This document shows positions 59,636-64,000 of a stretch of 64,000 nt of DNA, piece by piece. The stretch's first letter is position 1. Each line of letters opens with the position of its first letter. The stretch comes from an uncultured Gemmataceae bacterium. GTDB lineage: Bacteria; Planctomycetota; Planctomycetia; Gemmatales; Gemmataceae. Made by a program: the position numbers and the translations under genes. The DNA lies in the NCBI GenBank assembly GCA_963750165.1, contig CAVVPN010000011.1, positions 992,001-1,056,000 on the forward strand, given 5' to 3'. The notes under the pieces are model-generated. The model was given only the letters and a program-made list of their open reading frames with translations, was not told where the DNA came from and made no database searches.

Positions 59636-60482
59636 TCAATTCAGCATCTGATACCGCCGAATTTTCCTGAGAAGTGTTTGCGCCTTTTTCTCGTTTCCCT
59701 CGGTAAAATCACGGGCAATCGCGATCATTGAATCCCCGTTAGGCAGTTCCTTTTGTAGCTTTTTGACGAGTTGAAGAACTGCAGAGTCGGTGCAGGTTTT
59801 TTTTGTCCCCTTGTCCGCGCCGCTGTCCGTTTGTCCGCGCCGGTTTGTGGTGGCCGCAGCGAGTAATTCCCTCTGACGTGTCGCTTCCTGTCGATCCCGC
59901 AGTGCCTGTTTCACTTCAACCTCACATAGACACGGTAGACTTTCACAAAAGCCGAAGAACCCCCCGGCATTCCATGCCAACAGGGAACGGCACCAATCGC
60001 ATAACTTCACAATGTTGCTTTCCACCTCTTCTTCTGGGAAGCGGAGGGGTATCCGGTCTCTGACGTAATAATCAACCCGAAAGCGTGCGCCGGCGTGCCA
60101 GTCAGCTTCACTGGCAATTCGATACAGGAGCTGATAGCTCGCTTCCAGAGCAGCTTGGTGGGCGGTGGCTGCGCTCACGAAGCCGTAGACATGCGGTCCC
60201 GTGCCCCGCAAGTCCCCGACGACTGCGGTGACGGCTAGTTCGCATGGGCGAAGTTCCCGGCAGATGTGCTTGAGAATGCGCACCGCCTCTTTTTGAAGCC
60301 CCTCGTGCGGTTCTGAATCGCCTCCGCCCATTATGATCAACACCTGCTGGAGTTGGACGGACAACCAGCAGGCTCCGTTGTAGGCAGCGAGCAAATCAGC
60401 AGGCAGGGCACCGATACCAATAGGGCGGAACGGTTGAGTATGGGATGTGACGGATTGAAACCCTTCTGGTTCTGTCTGCATG
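59636..60482 (-). CDS. Hypothetical protein (start uncertain)
   Basis: Long ORF between int and xis, with a possible C-terminal HTH. Confidence 0.5.
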
Positions 60483-60607
60483 GCGTTCATCCTCGGGCGG
60501 TCGGGCCGGCATGACAGGGGCATCGGGAGGATGAGTACCGCCGCCGTCTGTCACGCCGATTGACCCCCGCGCTTGCGATTGCTCAGGCCGTCCCGTTGCC
60601 GGTGATT

Positions 60608-61945
60608 CTATCCGATCTCCCGCATGATCTCCTGCGCCTTGTTCAAGTCCCGTTCGGCGTAAATCTGCGTCGTCTCCACCCGCGTATGTCCGAGGATCAC
60701 CTTCGCAGCCTCGACGCCGTACTTTGCCCTGATCCACGTCGCCGCCGTGTGCCGCAACTGCAACGGTGACCAGGCCGGCACCTTCGCCGCCTTGCAAGCC
60801 CGGAGGATTGCTTGCCGGTAACTGCGCCGGTCGTAGCGCTCGGCAGGCAGGCGTTTCGGGTTGGCCTTCCGCTTACGGTTCTTCTCGCTGGGGGTGCGTT
60901 TCGTCTTCCGCTGGGCGGCGCGTTTGGCGCGCAGTTCCTCGACGTAGGCTTTCGGGGAGAACAAGTATTCCTCGACGTTGGGGCGCAGGAACGGCTTGAC
61001 GATCTCCTGGGCCTGCGGCCCCAGATGGATGATGCGATCCAGCCCCCGGTGCTTGTTCTTGTGCTTGCGCGGCCTGTACGTCCAGACCGGGCCGCCCATG
61101 TTCAGGTCGATGCCGCGCATGACCATTACCTCACCGGCCCTCATCCCGGTGAGCATCTGCAACCGCACCATCGCCACGACAGGGGTGGGCATCTTCGCTT
61201 GCGCGGCCTCGACCACCTCGACCGCTACAGGTTTCACGCCCTCGCCCTCGGGCGCCTCGGTCCGCCCCTGTTGCAACCCCTGCACCGCGGCCAGGGCGCG
61301 ATGAACGGTTTCGGGGACCATCTCTTCGGCGACAGCCCATCGGAACAGGCGCACGACATGGCCGATCCGTTGGTTGATGACGCCGCGCGACAAGGCTTTC
61401 TCCGAACGGAGCAGTTCGGCGGGCCGCCATTTCTTTTTCCACAAAGCCTCACAGCCCCCCGGGGTTTGGCGGAAGCAGTGTTCCCACACCCACCGTTCCA
61501 ACGGCTTGTCATCGACCAGGAAGCGCACGAGGTAGCGGCGGGAATCGGCCAGCCGTTGCCGCAGAGCCTTCAACTTGAGTGGGGAGAACTCCGCAGCCGG
61601 GAGCATGCCATACGTGGCCCTGAGCGGCCGGAGCGAAATGCGAAGGTTGTTCAGTTCGCTGGTCGGCTCGCCGTCAACGTCGCGGTAGTGCTGCTCGGCG
61701 TGCTTCCAGAACGCCAGCACCACTTCGTTGATCGACAGCGAACAGGCTTCCCGGGCGACCTTGAGTTGGCGGCCGGACGCTTCCCATTCGGCAATCACGC
61801 GGGCGTACTCCGCCCGGCTTTCGGGTGTGCCGTGGCGACCGAGCAGAACGTCGCGCCGCCCGCCCAGGCCGTCCGTGAGCGTGACGACGGCCTGACCTGA
61901 TTGTTTGTGCAGGCGATAAGTAGGGATTTGGGGGGTACGGGACAT
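60608..61945 (-). CDS. int: Tyrosine integrase of the tRNA-Gly element
   Basis: PTYRLHKQSGQAVVTL N-terminus, then TGMRAGE, HKNKHRG, PLQLRH, LGH and TTQIY. Starts about 110 bp from the att repeat. Confidence 0.93.
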   Translation of the reverse strand: MSRTPQIPTYRLHKQSGQAVVTLTDGLGGRRDVLLGRHGTPESRAEYARVIAEWEASGRQLKVAREACSLSINEVVLAFWKHAEQHYRDVDGEPTSELNNLRISLRPLRATYGMLPAAEFSPLKLKALRQRLADSRRYLVRFLVDDKPLERWVWEHCFRQTPGGCEALWKKKWRPAELLRSEKALSRGVINQRIGHVVRLFRWAVAEEMVPETVHRALAAVQGLQQGRTEAPEGEGVKPVAVEVVEAAQAKMPTPVVAMVRLQMLTGMRAGEVMVMRGIDLNMGGPVWTYRPRKHKNKHRGLDRIIHLGPQAQEIVKPFLRPNVEEYLFSPKAYVEELRAKRAAQRKTKRTPSEKNRKRKANPKRLPAERYDRRSYRQAILRACKAAKVPAWSPLQLRHTAATWIRAKYGVEAAKVILGHTRVETTQIYAERDLNKAQEIMREIG

Positions 61946-62052
61946 GCGGTAGACCCTTCTGCGGAAGACTTCCGCACAAGTAAGGGTTTCTGGCCGCACT
62001 CCCGACCGTCGAGAGGTACGCTTAACTAGCGTCAGGCTATCGGTTTGCGTTC

Positions 62053-62098
62053 AGAGCGGGCGATGGGATTCGAACCCACGACGTCCAGCTTGGGAAAC
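62053..62098 (-). repeat. att core: 3' half of tRNA-Gly(CCC), copy 2
   Basis: Identical to 40810-40855. The upstream sequence cannot form the anticodon stem or the 5' acceptor strand. Confidence 0.9.
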
Positions 62099-62490
62099 GT
62101 GAAATACCGTCAGTCCGAAAGCCTACCGAAGCCTTACACACCAATAGTTTACGACAAACCAGGGTGGTTTGCAAGGTCGTGCGTGGCCATGCGAAAAGCT
62201 GCGAGAAACCACGGTATTCCAGCATGTGCGCCGGTAGTAACCCGGTAGAAATCCGGTAGGCGTTTCTTCCCATCGGGAACAACCTCAACCCCTTCGATTA
62301 AGTCTCATTGCACAGCAAAGCAAACACGGGCGCAGGAACGCCGCCGCCTTGCCGTGAACGCCCGGGCGCCGCTCGCGCGCGGACCATCGGCGTTCAGCAC
62401 GCCGATGCTGGCGCCGTCGATTCATTCAGCCACGGCGCCGGGGTCACCTATGGTACGGGCACCAAACCGGGAGGCATGGCCCCTGTTCGA

Positions 62491-63813
62491 TCACGCGACG
62501 GTGTGCGTTTTCAGATCGAGAACGAACGAGTCAGCCGGGGAAGAGGGGGCCGTTCGGGGCGAACTTTTCTGCGTGAAAAACTCCCCCGTCAGGCTGCGCT
62601 TGCCTGCGTCCAGGGTTATCCTCACGAACCCGAAGTCCTGATCGTTGAAAGCGGCCAACTCGACCCGATCTCCCGGGGGGAGACTCAACCCGGGGGGGAA
62701 GACCACTTCCGGATGACTCGCGAGCGGCCCGGCATCCTGCCCTTTCTCACACGGCCTGGCCAGTCTCTCCACGGGCGCGTGGCCGCCGCAGCCGACCACC
62801 AGGAACGGGATTTGTCGGCCGTCGCCGCAGGTGTAGGTCAGCCGCTGGTAGAGGTGCGCGTGGGCAGAGAGGACGCCATCGGGGTACTGCCCCGCCTCGC
62901 GAAACGCCCGCTGCAGCAGCATTCCCAGCGGCTCCAGTCGCTTCTGTTCCGGTCGGGGGGTGGGGCCGAGGTTCGGGTCGCCGCGCTGCAAGAAGTTGAC
63001 CGCCGCGGAGTACGGCGGGTAATGCACGACCAGGAACACCGCCTTGCCGTCGCCGGCCGCCTTGATGTCCTTGAGCGTCTGCACCAACCAGTCATACTGC
63101 GGCTGGGCGCCGCCCGCGGGGTCGTCGAGCTGACCGGCGTTGTTGACGTTCGAGTAGAGACCGACGAAGTAGGCCAGCGGCGTGTCGAGCAGCCAGTACG
63201 GATACGGCTGGGTCATCGGCCGGCGCGCGGACGACTGGTTGTCCGGCGGGTCGCCGTCCTCCAGGCCGCAGAAGTTCTTCAGGAAGTGGCGAATGGCCGA
63301 TTTGCGCGTCGGGCCGTCGGGCTCCTTGTCCTTGCCGTCGTGGTTCCCGGCGACGGCAAAGACCGGCGGCGCATAGGCGGCGTACGGGCCGTAAAACTGG
63401 GCGTCGTACAGAAGGCCGAAGTCCTGGTGCTTGTCGGGGGGCGGCGACGGCGACTGTTCCCCGGCCGTGTCCTTATCCCGCTTGTAAACGACATCGCCGA
63501 GGTGGTAGAGGAACGAAGGGGCGACCGCGACGGGACTGCCGCCGAGCCGGTGCGGGTGCCGGACCTGCTCGGCCATCAGCGCGGCCACCTGGGTCGTCGC
63601 CTGCTGGTCGGCGTGACAACCCGTGCAGCCGACCGTGTGAAAGCTCATCACCCCCCGATCTTTGATGGCCTGGGACGCCTGCTGATCAACTTCCTTGAGC
63701 TTGAGCCGCAGAGACCTGGGAGGGGGCAGCGGGACCTCCGTCCATTCGCCGAGTTCCACGCACGCCGGCAAATTCCCCTGGCTTGACGGTGCGCTGGTCG
63801 ATGAGGTGGCCAT
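62491..63813 (-). CDS. Calcineurin-like metallophosphoesterase
   Basis: YHLGDVVY, VAGNHD, VHYPPYS and SAHAHLYQR motifs. Confidence 0.88.
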   Translation of the reverse strand: MATSSTSAPSSQGNLPACVELGEWTEVPLPPPRSLRLKLKEVDQQASQAIKDRGVMSFHTVGCTGCHADQQATTQVAALMAEQVRHPHRLGGSPVAVAPSFLYHLGDVVYKRDKDTAGEQSPSPPPDKHQDFGLLYDAQFYGPYAAYAPPVFAVAGNHDGKDKEPDGPTRKSAIRHFLKNFCGLEDGDPPDNQSSARRPMTQPYPYWLLDTPLAYFVGLYSNVNNAGQLDDPAGGAQPQYDWLVQTLKDIKAAGDGKAVFLVVHYPPYSAAVNFLQRGDPNLGPTPRPEQKRLEPLGMLLQRAFREAGQYPDGVLSAHAHLYQRLTYTCGDGRQIPFLVVGCGGHAPVERLARPCEKGQDAGPLASHPEVVFPPGLSLPPGDRVELAAFNDQDFGFVRITLDAGKRSLTGEFFTQKSSPRTAPSSPADSFVLDLKTHTVA

Positions 63814-64000
63814 GATGGTTCGTCTCCCGGGTTCACGGACTTGCGGTGGCCGCGGTGACGCGAGTGTTAAGCGTATGCCGCTTCCGTCCATCGACCAGAT
63901 CCGGCACGGTGACGGTAACGAGCGCTTCGGTCTCGGGGTCGAGCAGGTGGAATGCGCGTAGGTAAGGGCTTTGGGTCGCGTACCGCCTTGTCCCTCCGCT

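Larger units (their letters stand above)
40810..62098. mobile_element. ~21.3 kb tRNA-Gly-integrated element (phage-satellite-like or defective prophage)
   Basis: 46-bp direct repeats at both ends, integrase next to one repeat, then xis, primase-helicase and terminase. TGCGGAA arm-like repeats occur inside both ends. Confidence 0.85.

Noticed and set aside
62053..62130. Complete tRNA-Gly gene
   Set aside because: Same as the first copy: no D-arm or 5' acceptor strand.

Overview
This is a GC-rich accessory region, probably from a planctomycete (inferred from a DUF1580-like excisionase, a GYF_2 protein and an LExLExRxxP secretion leader). No core housekeeping locus is present. (1) 1-18.2 kb holds a class I DISARM defence locus on the minus strand (drmD-drmMI-...-drmA-drmB partial). 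Between drmMI and drmA sit a CBS+HEPN gene, a degenerate SNF2-like gene and an opposite-strand four-gene operon (unknown protein / QatC-like QueC / XRE-IrrE metallopeptidase / PIN nuclease). (2) 18-40.8 kb is a cargo region. It contains a RuvB + HTH-RuvA-CTD-like + tyrosine recombinase module with a 10-6-10 inverted repeat, an IS701-like element next to a truncated phage tail-sheath gene, a solo Cas4-like nuclease, and a run of HEPN-, ART-like, trypsin and Mrr genes. (3) 40.8-62.1 kb is a ~21 kb element bounded by two identical 46-bp tRNA-Gly(CCC) 3' fragments. It encodes an integrase, excisionase, primase-helicase with iteron-like repeats, a PLD protein and an apparent TerS-TerL fusion, but no capsid, portal or tail genes, so it looks satellite-like. 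It also carries a broken type I RM system, IS701, a large secreted protein and a TPR-sulfotransferase. (4) A related element begins after 62.1 kb. The best candidates for undescribed systems are the QueC-IrrE-PIN operon inside DISARM, the RuvB/integrase module and the fused-terminase satellite-like element. About eight frameshifts suggest read errors, so pseudogene calls are tentative. All family calls come from motif recognition by eye; no searches were run.
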